Source of the DNA: Burkholderiales bacterium | GTDB taxonomy: Bacteria; Pseudomonadota; Gammaproteobacteria; Burkholderiales; SG8-41 | DNA: 64,000 nucleotides | Assembly: GCA_022841375.1 (NCBI GenBank) | Contig: JALHRQ010000003.1 | Location: 40,692-104,691, forward strand | Reading direction: 5' to 3' | In this document: positions 25,485 through 36,104 of the stretch, in pieces | Numbering within the stretch: position 1 is the stretch's first letter | Layout: each line of letters starts with the position of its first letter | The notes under the pieces: generated by a model | Database searches by the model: none | What the model saw: only the letters and a program-made list of their open reading frames with translations | Told to the model about the DNA's origin: nothing | Translations under genes and position numbers: made by a program

Positions 25485-25516
25485 AGAAAAAAGCCCGCAG
25501 GCGAAGCTGCGGGCTT
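25485..25516 (-). terminator. Intrinsic terminator after cspA
   Basis: AAGCCCGCAG-GCGAAG-CTGCGGGCTT with a T-run on the minus strand. A second hairpin sits at 25530-25556 (GCAGCGGGC...GCCCGCTGC). Confidence 0.8.
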
Positions 25517-25568
25517 TGTCTCTTGCAGGGCAGCGGGCAGGACTGCGGCCCGCTGCTAAGTCACAGCT

Positions 25569-25772
25569 TCAGGCTGCTTGGATGTTAGAGGCTTGCTTAC
25601 CCTTGGGACCCTGGGTGACTTCGAATGACACCTTCTGGCCTTCTTTGAGTGTCTTGAAGCCATTCATCTGGATCGCCGAGAAGTGGGCGAAAAGATCTTC
25701 GCTTCCGTCGTCGGGAGTGATGAACCCGTAGCCTTTGGAGTCATTGAACCATTTCACAGTGCCAGTTGCCAT
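25569..25772 (-). CDS. cspA: Cold-shock protein CspA family
   Basis: [34 protein letters not shown]..., 67 aa. Start at the internal Met of the track ORF. Confidence 0.95.
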   Translation of the reverse strand: MATGTVKWFNDSKGYGFITPDDGSEDLFAHFSAIQMNGFKTLKEGQKVSFEVTQGPKGKQASNIQAA

Positions 25773-26055
25773 ATGCCTGCCTTGATATAAAAAGCGGATG
25801 GGCTCCGCGATTTGTTCGAGTTCCAAGGGATAGCACCGGCCAAACTGGTCTTGCGCTGAATCCTGAACCCCAACACCCGACTGCTTTCTAGGGTATTTGC
25901 AGACGAAAGTCAAGTGTGGGCAAAAACTGCGGGAAACCCCGTCGCAAGTCCGGATTTATCGTTCTTTTCGCCACTTGAAAAATTCCCAATTCCAGACACA
26001 ATAGGTCAGGAGATTCATTTGAAATTGAACCGCGTAACCCCCACTTACATCAGGC

Positions 26056-26364
26056 ATGGCGAACCGGCAGCGTGAAGACACCGTCCTTGAGGCGAAGCGC
26101 AGCAAAACCAAGCCTCCACCGATGTTCAAGGTGCTGCTGCTCAATGACGACTACACCCCGATGGATTTCGTGGTCGCCGTGCTGCAGAGGTTCTTCGGCT
26201 TGAGCCGGGAACGCGCAACCCAGGTCATGCTCAAGGTGCATCGCGACGGCATGGGGGTCTGCGGCGTATTTCCCCGGGATGTTGCGGCGACCAAAGTCGA
26301 GCAGGTAAAGTCGTACGCCAAGCAGCACCTACACCCGTTACAGTGTGTAATGGAAGAAAATTGA
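26056..26364 (+). CDS. clpS: ATP-dependent Clp protease adaptor ClpS
   Basis: [27 protein letters not shown]... Confidence 0.95.
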   Translation: MANRQREDTVLEAKRSKTKPPPMFKVLLLNDDYTPMDFVVAVLQRFFGLSRERATQVMLKVHRDGMGVCGVFPRDVAATKVEQVKSYAKQHLHPLQCVMEEN

Positions 26365-26388
26365 TTAACAGGCCATGATCGGAAAACA

Positions 26389-28647
26389 ATGATCGCCCAG
26401 GAACTTGAAGTCAGTTTGCATATGGCCTTTATGGAGGCACGCCAGAAACGCCACGAATTCATCACCGTGGAGCATCTGCTGCTGGCTCTCCTTGACAACC
26501 CGTCTGCATCCGAGGTGTTGCGCGCCTGTGCTGCCAATGTCGATGAACTGCGCAAGCTGCTGGCGGACTTTGTCACCGAACACACCCCGATTCTTGCGGG
26601 TGAAGAGGTCGACACCCAGCCGACACTCGGCTTCCAGAGGGTGATTCAGCGCGCGATTCTGCACGTGCAGTCGTCGGGCAAAAAAGAGGTCACCGGTGCC
26701 AACGTGCTGGTGGCGATCTTCGGCGAAAAGGACTCCCACGCGGTTTATTTCCTGCATCAGAAGGGCGTGACCCGTCTTGATGTCGTGAATTTCATTTCGC
26801 ACGGCATCAGCAAGGTGCCGCAGGCGCAGCAGCCCAAGCCGGAGGGCGAAGCTGCCGAGGCCGAACAGGAAACCCAGTCGGGCGGGGCGCTGGAGTCGTA
26901 CACCCAGAACCTGAACGCGGCGGCGACCGCCGGAAAGATTGATCCGTTAATTGGACGCGATCACGAGCTCGAACGCGTGATTCAGATCCTTTGCCGCCGG
27001 CGCAAGAACAACCCGCTGCTGGTCGGTGAGGCCGGTGTCGGCAAGACCGCGATTGCTGAAGGACTGGCGCGGCGCGTGTTCGAAGGTGACGTTCCGGACA
27101 TCCTGAAAAAAGCCACGGTGTATGCGCTGGACATGGGCGCGCTCCTGGCCGGTACCAAGTACCGCGGTGATTTTGAACAGCGGCTGAAGGCGGTGCTCAA
27201 GCAGTTGAACGAAAATCCGCACGCGATCCTGTTCATCGATGAAATTCATACGCTGATTGGTGCTGGTGCCGCATCGGGCGGCACGCTGGACGCCTCGAAT
27301 CTGCTAAAGCCGGCGTTGTCGAGCGGCCAGCTCAAATGCATCGGCGCGACCACCTACAATGAATACCGCGGCGTGTTCGAGAAAGACCACGCACTGTCGC
27401 GCCGATTCCAGAAGATCGACGTCAATGAGCCTTCAGTAGCCGAAACGATTGCGATTTTGAAGGGGCTGAAGTCACGCTTCGAAGAGCATCACGGCGTCAA
27501 ATACCAGCCGGCGGCACTGAGTGCCGCGGCGGAGCTGTCGGCGCGCTTCATCAACGACCGTCATCTGCCGGACAAGGCCATCGACGTCATTGACGAAGCA
27601 GGCGCGGCGCAGAAAATTCTGCCCAAGTCGAAGCAGAAACGCGTCATCGGCAAGCACGAGATCGAAGAGATCATCGCCAAAATCACGCGCATCCCGGCGC
27701 AGACCGTATCGGTCGACGACCGCAACGCGCTAAAGACGCTCGACCGCGACCTGAAGGCCGTGGTGTTCGGCCAGGACAAGGCGATCGAGGCGCTGACGGC
27801 GGCTATCCGCATGGCGCGCAGCGGACTGGGCAATCCGGTCAAGCCGATCGGCAGCTTCCTGTTCAGCGGTCCCACCGGTGTCGGCAAAACCGAGGTCGCG
27901 CGCCAGCTCGCCTATGTGATGGGCGTGGAATTGCTGCGCTTCGACATGTCGGAATACATGGAGCGCCATGCCGTATCGCGGCTGATCGGTGCGCCGCCCG
28001 GCTACATCGGGTTTGACCAGGGCGGATTGCTTACTGAAGCCGTCACCAAGAATCCGTACTCGGTGCTGCTGCTCGACGAGATCGAAAAGGCACATCCGGA
28101 CATTTTCAACATTCTGCTGCAGGTTATGGATCACGGCACACTGACCGATAACAACGGTCGCAAGGCGGACTTCCGCAACGTGGTGATCATCATGACCACC
28201 AACGCCGGCGCCGCTGAGTTGTCGAAGACGTCGATGGGCTTCACCGCGTCCAAACATTCAGGCGATGAGATGGGTGAGATCAAGCGCTTGTTCACGCCGG
28301 AGTTCCGCAACCGTCTCGACGGCATCATATCGTTCCAGTCGCTGGATCGTGCAGTCATCCTGCGCGTGGTCGACAAGTTCCTGATGCAGCTCGAAGAGCA
28401 GCTGCACGAGAAGAAGGTGGACATCAGCTTTACGCCGGCGTTGCGCGAACATCTGGCGGAAAAAGGTTTTGATCCGCAGATGGGAGCGCGACCGATGTCG
28501 CGTCTGATTCAGGACACCATTCGCAGCGCGCTGGCCGACGAATTGTTGTTCGGTCGCCTGGCCAACGGCGGCAAGGTTACCGTCGACATCGATGCTGCGG
28601 GCAAGGTGCGCCTGGAATTCACCGAGGAACCTGCCAGCGTCGTTTGA
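26389..28647 (+). CDS. clpA: ATP-dependent Clp protease ATP-binding subunit ClpA
   Basis: 752 aa with two AAA+ modules ([15 protein letters not shown]; [17 protein letters not shown]). Confidence 0.95.
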   Translation: MIAQELEVSLHMAFMEARQKRHEFITVEHLLLALLDNPSASEVLRACAANVDELRKLLADFVTEHTPILAGEEVDTQPTLGFQRVIQRAILHVQSSGKKEVTGANVLVAIFGEKDSHAVYFLHQKGVTRLDVVNFISHGISKVPQAQQPKPEGEAAEAEQETQSGGALESYTQNLNAAATAGKIDPLIGRDHELERVIQILCRRRKNNPLLVGEAGVGKTAIAEGLARRVFEGDVPDILKKATVYALDMGALLAGTKYRGDFEQRLKAVLKQLNENPHAILFIDEIHTLIGAGAASGGTLDASNLLKPALSSGQLKCIGATTYNEYRGVFEKDHALSRRFQKIDVNEPSVAETIAILKGLKSRFEEHHGVKYQPAALSAAAELSARFINDRHLPDKAIDVIDEAGAAQKILPKSKQKRVIGKHEIEEIIAKITRIPAQTVSVDDRNALKTLDRDLKAVVFGQDKAIEALTAAIRMARSGLGNPVKPIGSFLFSGPTGVGKTEVARQLAYVMGVELLRFDMSEYMERHAVSRLIGAPPGYIGFDQGGLLTEAVTKNPYSVLLLDEIEKAHPDIFNILLQVMDHGTLTDNNGRKADFRNVVIIMTTNAGAAELSKTSMGFTASKHSGDEMGEIKRLFTPEFRNRLDGIISFQSLDRAVILRVVDKFLMQLEEQLHEKKVDISFTPALREHLAEKGFDPQMGARPMSRLIQDTIRSALADELLFGRLANGGKVTVDIDAAGKVRLEFTEEPASVV

Positions 28648-28777
28648 AGGTCGGCTCATCGCACCACAGTGTCATGATTGTTTGCGGGCACTGTCGTGCT
28701 TTGTCCTGGAACTGAACTATATTAAAAAAGTCTGGAGTTATGGACTGCTGTGGTTCTTATGCGAGATGGAGGAGTTT

Positions 28778-29119
28778 ATGCATAGAGCGATGATCCTGCT
28801 GGCCCTGCTGGCGGCCGGCAATGCCTGGGGGCAGTATGCTCCCGCAGCAGATCCGAATTACGCGCGCAACCTGGCCTCCACCTGTTTCACCTGCCATGGC
28901 ACCGAAGGGCGCAGCGTAGACGGCGTGCCTCCAAGCCTCGCCGGCCAGAACCGCGATTACCTGCTCAAGCAGCTTCTGGAATTCCGCGACGGCAAACGTC
29001 CCGCGACCATCATGCACCAGCATGCCAAGGGCTACACCGACCAACAACTTGCGCTGATTGCAGGGTATTTCGCAGCCGTAACTCCCGGTCGAGCAGCAGC
29101 TGCGCCGGCCGTGCGCTAG
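28778..29119 (+). CDS. fccA: Monohaem c-type cytochrome, flavocytochrome c sulfide dehydrogenase small subunit-like
   Basis: Signal peptide and a single CFTCHG haem motif. GGAGGAG precedes ATG 28778. Immediately upstream of fccB. Confidence 0.75.
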   Translation: MHRAMILLALLAAGNAWGQYAPAADPNYARNLASTCFTCHGTEGRSVDGVPPSLAGQNRDYLLKQLLEFRDGKRPATIMHQHAKGYTDQQLALIAGYFAAVTPGRAAAAPAVR

Positions 29120-29127
29120 GAGACACC

Positions 29128-30399
29128 ATGACAATTTCCAGACGCGAATTCATGAAATGGGCTTCGGCGGGTGCCGGAATGGCAACGCTGGCCGGTTGCG
29201 TAACGGGAGGCAGCGGCAGTGCCGGACGCGTGGTGGTAGTGGGTGGCGGTTATGGCGGCGCTACGGCGGCTAAATTCGTCAAGATGTGGGCGCCGGATAT
29301 CGATGTCACGCTGATCGAAACCAACGATTATTTCGTGTCATGCCCGATCAGCAATCTGGTACTCGGCGGCAATGCGCGAATGAACCAGATCACATTCAGT
29401 TATGACGGGCTGCGCAACCGCGGCATCCGCGTGCTGAAGGATAACGCCATCGCGATGGACGGCGTCAACAAACAGGTCACGCTGGCCAGCGGCGGCTCCG
29501 TGCCCTATGACCGGGTCATCGTGTCGCCGGGCGTCGATTTCATGTACGAACAGATTCCCGGCCTGAATACCGCGGACGCGCAGAGCCGCATCCTGCATGC
29601 GTGGAAGGCCGGACCGCAGACCGTGGCTTTGCGTAAGCAACTCGAATCGATGCGCGACGGCGGCATCTATGCGCTGCAGATCCCGATGGCGCCGTACCGC
29701 TGCCCGCCGGGACCGTATGAACGCGTGTGCCAGGTCGCCGACTACCTCAAGAAATCCAAGCCGAAATCGAAGATCCTGGTGCTGGATGCAAATCCCGATC
29801 TGGTATCGAAAAAGGGATTGTTCCTTGCCGCCTGGAATGACATGTACAAGGGCATGATCGAATACCGGCCAAACAGTGAAATCGCCGATGTCGACGTCAA
29901 GGGCATGACCGTCAAGCTGCAGTTCGAAGACGTCAAGGCCGATGTCATCAACGTCGTGCCGGCGCAGCGCGCCGCCGATTTTGCCGTCAGGAGCGGGCTG
30001 ATCACCGCCAACAACCGCTGGTGCGGTGTTGACTGGACGACCTGCGAATCAACCGCGGTGAAAGGCGTGCATGTACTCGGCGATGCCACGCTGTCGGCAA
30101 CGGCGATGCCGAAATCCGGCAGCATGGCCAATCAGCACGCCAAGATCTGTGCAGCCGCCGTGGTGGCGTTGATCAAGGGCCAGCCGGTGAACACCGACAC
30201 CATGATGATGAACACCTGTTACAGCTTTGTCAGCGGCGACAGTGCGATGCATGTGGCCTCGGTGCATCGTTACGATCCCGCGCAGAAGACGCTGGTGCCG
30301 GTCAAGGGCAGCGGCGGCGTTTCAAGCGAAGCGAGCACGGCCGAAGGCGCTTATGCCTGGGGCTGGGCACGCAACATCTGGGCTGAAGCACTGGCCTGA
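29128..30399 (+). CDS. fccB: Flavocytochrome c sulfide dehydrogenase flavoprotein subunit
   Basis: Tat signal MTISRREFMKWASAGAGMATLAGC, VVVVGGGYGGATAAK FAD motif, FCSD-type C-terminus. Confidence 0.88.
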   Translation: MTISRREFMKWASAGAGMATLAGCVTGGSGSAGRVVVVGGGYGGATAAKFVKMWAPDIDVTLIETNDYFVSCPISNLVLGGNARMNQITFSYDGLRNRGIRVLKDNAIAMDGVNKQVTLASGGSVPYDRVIVSPGVDFMYEQIPGLNTADAQSRILHAWKAGPQTVALRKQLESMRDGGIYALQIPMAPYRCPPGPYERVCQVADYLKKSKPKSKILVLDANPDLVSKKGLFLAAWNDMYKGMIEYRPNSEIADVDVKGMTVKLQFEDVKADVINVVPAQRAADFAVRSGLITANNRWCGVDWTTCESTAVKGVHVLGDATLSATAMPKSGSMANQHAKICAAAVVALIKGQPVNTDTMMMNTCYSFVSGDSAMHVASVHRYDPAQKTLVPVKGSGGVSSEASTAEGAYAWGWARNIWAEALA

Positions 30400-30421
30400 T
30401 CTTCGATCCCTGCGACGAAAC

Positions 30422-30449
30422 AAAAAAGGGGCGCCAGGCGCCCCTTTTT
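30422..30449 (+). terminator. Intrinsic terminator after fccB
   Basis: AAAAAA-GGGGCGC-CAG-GCGCCCC-TTTTT. Confidence 0.8.
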
Positions 30450-30499
30450 GCATGTTGCCATGTGCACCTTTTTGGCATTGCAGCCATGCCCCTTTTTCT

Positions 30500-30877
30500 T
30501 CATATCCGCTTGCGTACCGGTGGTATGAACAGCCAGGTCAGCGCGACTGCGGCTGCAAATACAACGTAGGCTGCGGTGAACATCCACGACGGCAGATCAT
30601 AGAAGAGCAACGCATGCAGCCAGCGCGCGATAAAACCTTTGTCGGCATTGTGACCGCGCAGCGCGTCTTCCAGAATTGTCAACGGACACCAGATTCCGGC
30701 CAGCGCCTCGGCGCTGACGATCAGGATTGCGGCAAGATGGATGGCGCGAAATTCGAAATGACGCACCCAGCGCCAGCCCGCAGCAGCGCCGGTCCATACC
30801 AGTGGCAGACTGGCCACCACGAACAACACAAAAAAGAAATGCGCGAGAAGAACCAGATCTGCAAGCAGCAGATTCAA
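30500..30877 (-). CDS. DUF2784-like small membrane protein
   Basis: 125 aa with 3-4 hydrophobic helices (MNLLLADLVLLAHFFFVLFVVASLPLVW...). Confidence 0.65.
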   Translation of the reverse strand: MNLLLADLVLLAHFFFVLFVVASLPLVWTGAAAGWRWVRHFEFRAIHLAAILIVSAEALAGIWCPLTILEDALRGHNADKGFIARWLHALLFYDLPSWMFTAAYVVFAAAVALTWLFIPPVRKRI

Positions 30878-30899
30878 TGTCGTTTTCCGCGCTTGATGC

Positions 30900-31748
30900 T
30901 CAAGCGCCGGTGGCTACAGGCCGGCGGCGGTCGCTGACCCATTCACTCCAGGAACCCGGATACAGTCGTGAGCCCTTGAGTCCGGCAACTTCCATCGCCA
31001 GCAGATTATGGCAGGCCGTCACGCCGGATCCGCACTGGTGGATTACCGATTCAGGGCCGTGGCCGTTCAGCATGCCGGCGAATTCCTGTTTCAGTGCGGC
31101 TGCGGGTTTGAAGCGGCCGTCCTCACCGAGATTGAGTTTGAAAAAACGGTTGATCGCGCCCGGGATGTGTCCGGCGACCGGATCCAGCGTTTCGTTTTCA
31201 CCGCGATAACGGTCCGGCGCGCGTGCGTCGACGACCTGCTCCTTGCGGGCTTGCAGATTGGCCGTGACCAGTGCGCTGTCGACGGCGAGTTGTGATTGCA
31301 CACGGCCGCTGTAAGTCGCCGGTTCGATGGCCGGTTGCGCGACGGTGAACGGCAATCCGGCACGTTGCCATGCGCCCCAGCCGCCGTCGAGCACGGCGAC
31401 GCGGTCGTGGCCCACCCAGCGCAGCATCCACCACATGCGTGAGGCAAAAGCGCCGCCGCTGTCGTCATACGCAACAACCTGCTTGGTATTGTCGATGCCC
31501 AGCGCGCCCAGACGCAGGGAGAACGTTGCCGGATGCGGCAGCGGATGACGGCCGGTCAATCCGGTCTTCGGGCCTGACAGATCGGAATCGATATGCAGAA
31601 ACCGCGCGCCCGGAACATGCCCGCTGCGGTACGCGCGATAACCGGCGCTGTAGTCGGCGAGATCATGCCGGCAGTCGCAGATGATCCACTCCGGATCGTT
31701 CAGATGCGCTGCGGTTTCTTCAGCACTGACGAGCGTCTTGTGGGCCAT
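30900..31748 (-). CDS. sseA: Sulfurtransferase (tandem rhodanese, SseA/3-mercaptopyruvate-type)
   Basis: Two rhodanese domains; active-site loop HQCGSGVTACHN. Confidence 0.88.
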   Translation of the reverse strand: MAHKTLVSAEETAAHLNDPEWIICDCRHDLADYSAGYRAYRSGHVPGARFLHIDSDLSGPKTGLTGRHPLPHPATFSLRLGALGIDNTKQVVAYDDSGGAFASRMWWMLRWVGHDRVAVLDGGWGAWQRAGLPFTVAQPAIEPATYSGRVQSQLAVDSALVTANLQARKEQVVDARAPDRYRGENETLDPVAGHIPGAINRFFKLNLGEDGRFKPAAALKQEFAGMLNGHGPESVIHQCGSGVTACHNLLAMEVAGLKGSRLYPGSWSEWVSDRRRPVATGA

Positions 31749-31814
31749 TGCGGCAATCCGGTGGTGAGCGGGAGCGGCAAAGGTAGCAAACGCCGACCGA
31801 AAATCAAGCGCCGG

Positions 31815-31845
31815 AAAAAATCACGGCAGCCGTCAGCTGCCGTGA
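31815..31845 (-). terminator. Intrinsic terminator after the Rieske oxygenase gene
   Basis: TCACGGCAGC-CGTCA-GCTGCCGTGA with a T-run on the minus strand. Confidence 0.8.
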
Positions 31846-31849
31846 TTAT

Positions 31850-31868
31850 ATTATAAGTATTTGTTTTT
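31850..31868 (-). repeat. AT-only motif copy 2 (AAAAACAAATACTTATAAT on the minus strand)
   Basis: 19/19 identical to copy 1 at 2623-2641; lies 10 nt past the Rieske gene stop. Confidence 0.75.
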
Positions 31869-31877
31869 AAAGGATAA

Positions 31878-32987
31878 TTATTTTATGAGTTGAGGCTCGA
31901 CTTCACGCCGCAGGAACTCGTGGAAATGCACCATGCCGTCTTCCAGCGGCGTCTGGTAGGGCCCGACTTCGCTGCGGCCCTGCTGCCACAGCGCACGGCG
32001 GCCTTCGGTCATGCGCGCGATGATTTCAGCGTCCTCAACCGCGGTCTCGCGGTAGGCCGCCTGTTCTGCTTCGACGAATTCGCGTTCGAACAGCGCGATG
32101 TCTTCGGGGTAATAAAACTCGACGACGTTGCTGCACGCTTCGGGGCCGCGCGGCACCACGGTGCTGACCACCAGCACGTGCGGATACCACTCGACCATGA
32201 TGTTCGGAAAGTATGTCAGCCAGATCGCACCGTGCGCCGGCGCTTTGCCTTTGCCATAACGCAGCACCTGATCGTGCCAGCGCTGGTAGACGGCGCTGCC
32301 GGGGCGCGCGAGCTGGTTGGCGATGCCGCAGGTCTGCACGCTGTACCAGTCTCCGAACTCCCATCGGAGGTCGTTGACGTTGACGAAGTGGCCGAGTCCC
32401 GGATGGAACGGTTCGACGTGGTAGTCCTCGAGATAAACCTCGATGAAGGTTTTCCAGTTGCAGGCGTATTCATCGATCTCGACGCGGTCGAGCATGAAGC
32501 CGGAAAAGTCGAGATTCTTCATCACCCCGAGTTTCGCCAGATCGTGCGCGATGTCGCGGCGGCCGGCGAACAGCAGGCCGTTCCAGTTGGTCAGCGGCGT
32601 ACGCGCGAGGTCGAGGCAGGGGTTGTCTTTGAAATGCGGTGCACCGAGCAGTTTGCCGTCGAGGCCGTAGGTCCAGCGGTGCAACGGGCAGATGATGTTT
32701 TGCGTATTGCCGCGATCTTTGAGGATGATCGCCTGACGGTGGCGGCAGATGTTGGAGATCAGGCCGACGTCGCTGGCGTTGCGCACCAGCGCCTGCGCGT
32801 TGTCGAGCCAGGCCAGCGCGTGATAGTCGCCGGCGTTCGGCACCATCAGTTCGTGGCCGACATAGCCGGGACCATTGTCGAACAGCAGGCGTTTTTCGAC
32901 CGCATGGATATGCGGATCGAAATACCACTGTACAGGAAGTTGTGTGGAGGTCTTGCCGAAGGCGGTAACGCTGGAGAGATCAGACAT
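31878..32987 (-). CDS. Rieske (2Fe-2S) aromatic ring-hydroxylating oxygenase alpha subunit-like
   Basis: CRHRQAIILKDRGNTQNIICPLHRWTY Rieske motif; EDYHVEPFHPG mononuclear-iron region. Confidence 0.85.
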   Translation of the reverse strand: MSDLSSVTAFGKTSTQLPVQWYFDPHIHAVEKRLLFDNGPGYVGHELMVPNAGDYHALAWLDNAQALVRNASDVGLISNICRHRQAIILKDRGNTQNIICPLHRWTYGLDGKLLGAPHFKDNPCLDLARTPLTNWNGLLFAGRRDIAHDLAKLGVMKNLDFSGFMLDRVEIDEYACNWKTFIEVYLEDYHVEPFHPGLGHFVNVNDLRWEFGDWYSVQTCGIANQLARPGSAVYQRWHDQVLRYGKGKAPAHGAIWLTYFPNIMVEWYPHVLVVSTVVPRGPEACSNVVEFYYPEDIALFEREFVEAEQAAYRETAVEDAEIIARMTEGRRALWQQGRSEVGPYQTPLEDGMVHFHEFLRREVEPQLIK

Positions 32988-33144
32988 GCAGCAGGCGGAA
33001 AAGTTACGGATTAGTCGGCCTTCGTCGGCGATTCAAGGGCCTGATTCTAAAAGTTTTTTGGCGCTGTTTCTGGAGCAACGAAGCGGCGGCAAAAATGAGG
33101 GGCTATTCTTTCCCAGCCCCCCCCAAAAGGCAACAACAATTTCC

Positions 33145-33930
33145 TCAGGGTCTTGCGGCCGGGTCCGCAGGACGTAATGTAAGGTTATGTTTATTAAATG
33201 AAATACCACCGAAATGCGCGGTTGCGAAAGTCCCGGTGTTATCCGTGTCGGTGGCCACTGCAATGGCCCTGACTGTTGGCGCCTCCTCGCCGAAAGCCGC
33301 GCGGAAATCGCGCGCGATGTTGCGTTCGACATCAACCCATTGTTTTACGCGCGCACTGCCGGACTCGACAACGATCACTTTCACACGGCCGGTATAAGCG
33401 CTGGACGCAATGGTTCCCGCCGGCGCCTTGCCGTCCCACACGTAACACAGCGTAGCCGCCGGCAGCTGCGAATCGAATAGGACCCGTGCCAGCCGCAACT
33501 TGTTACGTTCATAAAACGGCAGTTTCTCCAGCGGGTAATCGAACATGACATAGAGGCGCGCAGGAAAATCATCCCCGGCCTTGCTGCGCAGGTCGGCGGC
33601 CTCTATGAGATTGCTGATGTTCCACCGCCAGCGCAGCCACGGCAGATCACCGGGATCGACACGCAAGGACCGCGACAGGCCCGAGGCGCCCGATTGCGAT
33701 TCCGCGCGCAGCACGGTGATGCCGTTGTCATCGACCAGGCTGTAGCGCGTGTGCCCCTTGATGTTTGCAGCGGCCAGCGGCGTCCATCCCGCAGGCAGGG
33801 AGGTGCCGGGTCGTGCCGCAGAGAACGCGCCCGCAAGCAGCTGGTCCTCGACCGCCCACGCTGCCGCAGCGAACAGCAGTGTGCCCATCGCCAATACCGC
33901 CCATGCCTGGTCAGTCCGTCGACGGCGCAT
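33145..33930 (-). CDS. DUF3047 domain-containing secreted protein
   Basis: Signal peptide, then ...YSLVDDNGITVLRAESQSGASGL...LRWRWNISN...ARLYVMFDY..., as recalled for DUF3047. Confidence 0.75.
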   Translation of the reverse strand: MRRRRTDQAWAVLAMGTLLFAAAAWAVEDQLLAGAFSAARPGTSLPAGWTPLAAANIKGHTRYSLVDDNGITVLRAESQSGASGLSRSLRVDPGDLPWLRWRWNISNLIEAADLRSKAGDDFPARLYVMFDYPLEKLPFYERNKLRLARVLFDSQLPAATLCYVWDGKAPAGTIASSAYTGRVKVIVVESGSARVKQWVDVERNIARDFRAAFGEEAPTVRAIAVATDTDNTGTFATAHFGGISFNKHNLTLRPADPAARP

Positions 33931-34558
33931 CGTTGAGCAACCCGGATTGCTGCAGGCGTTGCCAGTCTTGCGGACGATCGACGTCCCACAAATATTCGAG
34001 TTCCTGCCAGCGGAGCCCGCATGATCGCAGCTGTTCGCGCGTCTGCTGCATCACGCGTTCGCTGCCCCAGTCGATGCCGGAGAACAGGCGCGGCTCGTGG
34101 CGCGACAGGCCGATCAACGTGTAACCGCCGTCTTCCGCCGGGATGAATACACCGTCATTGCCGTTGCGCAACGCCGCAGCCGCTTGATGCAGGTGTTTCA
34201 CGCTCAGCGCCGGGCAGTCGGTGCCGATGAGCAGGACTTTGGGCGTGTCACGCAGCGCCTGCTCAAAGGCATGCGCCAGGCGGAGGCCGAGATCGGCGCC
34301 CTGTTGCGCATGCAGCGTCGCGCGGTGTAATTGTGAAGCCTTGATCAGTGCGGGGTGTGCGGTGTCGGGCGCACACCACAGTTGCAGATGAGCGGGGAAG
34401 GCCGCACGCGCCGTTGCCAGCGCATGATGCAGCAACCGGTTCTGCAGCGCGGCGGCGCGTTCTGAGCCGAGCAGCGGAATCAGCCGAGTTTTCGCCGCGC
34501 CGGGTACCGGTGCTTTGGCGAACACCAATATCGCCAGCTCAGGGTTTGTGCCGGACAT
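33911..34558 (-). CDS. DUF2064/TIGR04282-type transferase (rSAM/selenodomain-associated transferase 1; annotated elsewhere as an arsenosugar-biosynthesis glycosyltransferase)
   Basis: LAILVFAKAPVPGAAKTRLIPLLG...FIPAEDGGYTLIGL...IDWGSERV. Start at ATG 34558. Confidence 0.75.
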   Translation of the reverse strand: MSGTNPELAILVFAKAPVPGAAKTRLIPLLGSERAAALQNRLLHHALATARAAFPAHLQLWCAPDTAHPALIKASQLHRATLHAQQGADLGLRLAHAFEQALRDTPKVLLIGTDCPALSVKHLHQAAAALRNGNDGVFIPAEDGGYTLIGLSRHEPRLFSGIDWGSERVMQQTREQLRSCGLRWQELEYLWDVDRPQDWQRLQQSGLLNDAPSTD

Positions 34559-35225
34559 ATTGCTGCGCAAGCTGGTTGGGGTCTGCGCCGAAAAAATAGG
34601 CGAGCCGCAATCGCCACATCAGCAGCATCGTTCGCCATACACCGTGTTTTTCCCAGCGCCGGCCCGAGGTCGTCAGCCGGTGGGCGATGCGCAGTGGTGG
34701 ACTGTAACGCTTTAACTGCCGCGTCAGCGCGATGTCTTCCATCAGCGCAATTTCCGGAAAATGGCCAGCCGCTTCGAACAGCGAGCGGGTCAGGAACAAA
34801 CCCTGGTCGCCGGTGGCGATGCCGGTCAGCCGCGAACGCCAGTTCATCAGCTGTGCGATCACGCGAAGCATCGGGTGCGTGCCGGCAATCGACACATCGA
34901 AACGTCCCCAGCTGCGCCGGCTGCGGGAGAGCCCATCGACGATCAGGCCGTCGGCACCCTCCGGCAGGCGCGAATCCGCATGCAGAAAGCAGAAAATTTC
35001 ACCCTGCGCTGCCGCGGCGCCGGCATTCATCTGTCGCGCGCGGCCCCGCGGCGCGGTCAGCACTTGATCAGCGCGCTCGCGGGCAAGTTTTGCGGTGTCG
35101 TCGCTGCTGCCACCGTCGGCGACGATGATTTCGACGCCGCGCCGGCGCAGCGGCTGCAGACTGTCGAGCGTGGCCGCAATGTGTTCCGCTTCGTTAAGCG
35201 CGGGAATGATGATGGACAGTGACAA
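34539..35225 (-). CDS. Family-2 glycosyltransferase, TIGR04283-type (rSAM/selenodomain-associated transferase 2)
   Basis: MSLSIIIPALNEAEHIAATLDSLQPL...IIVADGGSSDDT...FLHADS. Confidence 0.78.
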   Translation of the reverse strand: MSLSIIIPALNEAEHIAATLDSLQPLRRRGVEIIVADGGSSDDTAKLARERADQVLTAPRGRARQMNAGAAAAQGEIFCFLHADSRLPEGADGLIVDGLSRSRRSWGRFDVSIAGTHPMLRVIAQLMNWRSRLTGIATGDQGLFLTRSLFEAAGHFPEIALMEDIALTRQLKRYSPPLRIAHRLTTSGRRWEKHGVWRTMLLMWRLRLAYFFGADPNQLAQQYVRHKP

Positions 35226-35273
35226 ATCGGAACCGGGTGATGGAGCCAGGGAAGCGGAAAAAGGAAGCGAAAG

Positions 35274-36104
35274 CTATTTCTTAACGTCGTTCAGCGTCCA
35301 ATCATAATCCAGATGCCGGATCGCGGCCTTGCGCTCGGCAATGGCCTGCTGCTGGGCCGGTGCGTCGGCGAGCAAGGCTGCGTATTTTGCAAAAAACTGC
35401 TCGCGCGACTGTATCGGCGTGCTTTTGCCGTCAAAGCCGCGGTAGCCGCTGGTCCAGTCGGTGCTGAACCATTTGAAGATTTCAGAAACTTCCAGCGCAT
35501 TGTCCTGTGCGCTGTAGCGGTTTCGGCTGCGGTCGGACAGAAAACGCTTCGTTTGCTCTTCCAGTTGCGCCTCGAGACGCAAGGTGACATAGGGTTCCTC
35601 GCGCAACATCGGGCAGCCGACAGAGGCGCAGTTCACCGCGAAATGCACCCGCGGATCATCGTAGGTGCCGGGCTTGCGCAGGGTTTCATGCTCGATCATG
35701 TCGAGCGAGAATTCGCGGCCGAGCAGTGTGAAGAATTTGTCCTTGAACGGGTTGCCGAAGACTTTTCCGAAATCCCAGATCGATTTGATGTTCGGATAGC
35801 GGGTGAGGATTTTTTCGACGGTATACGCGTTGTAGGCGTTGATCAGGAACGCCATTTGCTGGGGTTTGCTCCAGGCGTTGAATTCGGCCTGGGTCACTTT
35901 GGAGAGTGTGCCAAGGTAGGCTTTGAGTTCGTTGCGGTCCTGGGCGAAGCCGGCATAGCGCACTTGCGAGGATTTGCTGTTGTCGATGAGCAAGACATGT
36001 TTTTTCAGCAACGTGGCCCACGGTTTGTGATCGTGGTCAAAGGATTGGGCGGTGGCGGTCAGCGGGATGGCTGCTAACAGCAGGGCAAGTAAGAGTTTTT
36101 TCAT
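35274..36104 (-). CDS. DUF547 domain-containing secreted protein
   Basis: Signal peptide MKKLLLALLLAAIPLTATA; ...AFLINAYNAYTVEKIL...HFAVNCASVGCP... is typical of DUF547. Confidence 0.8.
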   Translation of the reverse strand: MKKLLLALLLAAIPLTATAQSFDHDHKPWATLLKKHVLLIDNSKSSQVRYAGFAQDRNELKAYLGTLSKVTQAEFNAWSKPQQMAFLINAYNAYTVEKILTRYPNIKSIWDFGKVFGNPFKDKFFTLLGREFSLDMIEHETLRKPGTYDDPRVHFAVNCASVGCPMLREEPYVTLRLEAQLEEQTKRFLSDRSRNRYSAQDNALEVSEIFKWFSTDWTSGYRGFDGKSTPIQSREQFFAKYAALLADAPAQQQAIAERKAAIRHLDYDWTLNDVKK

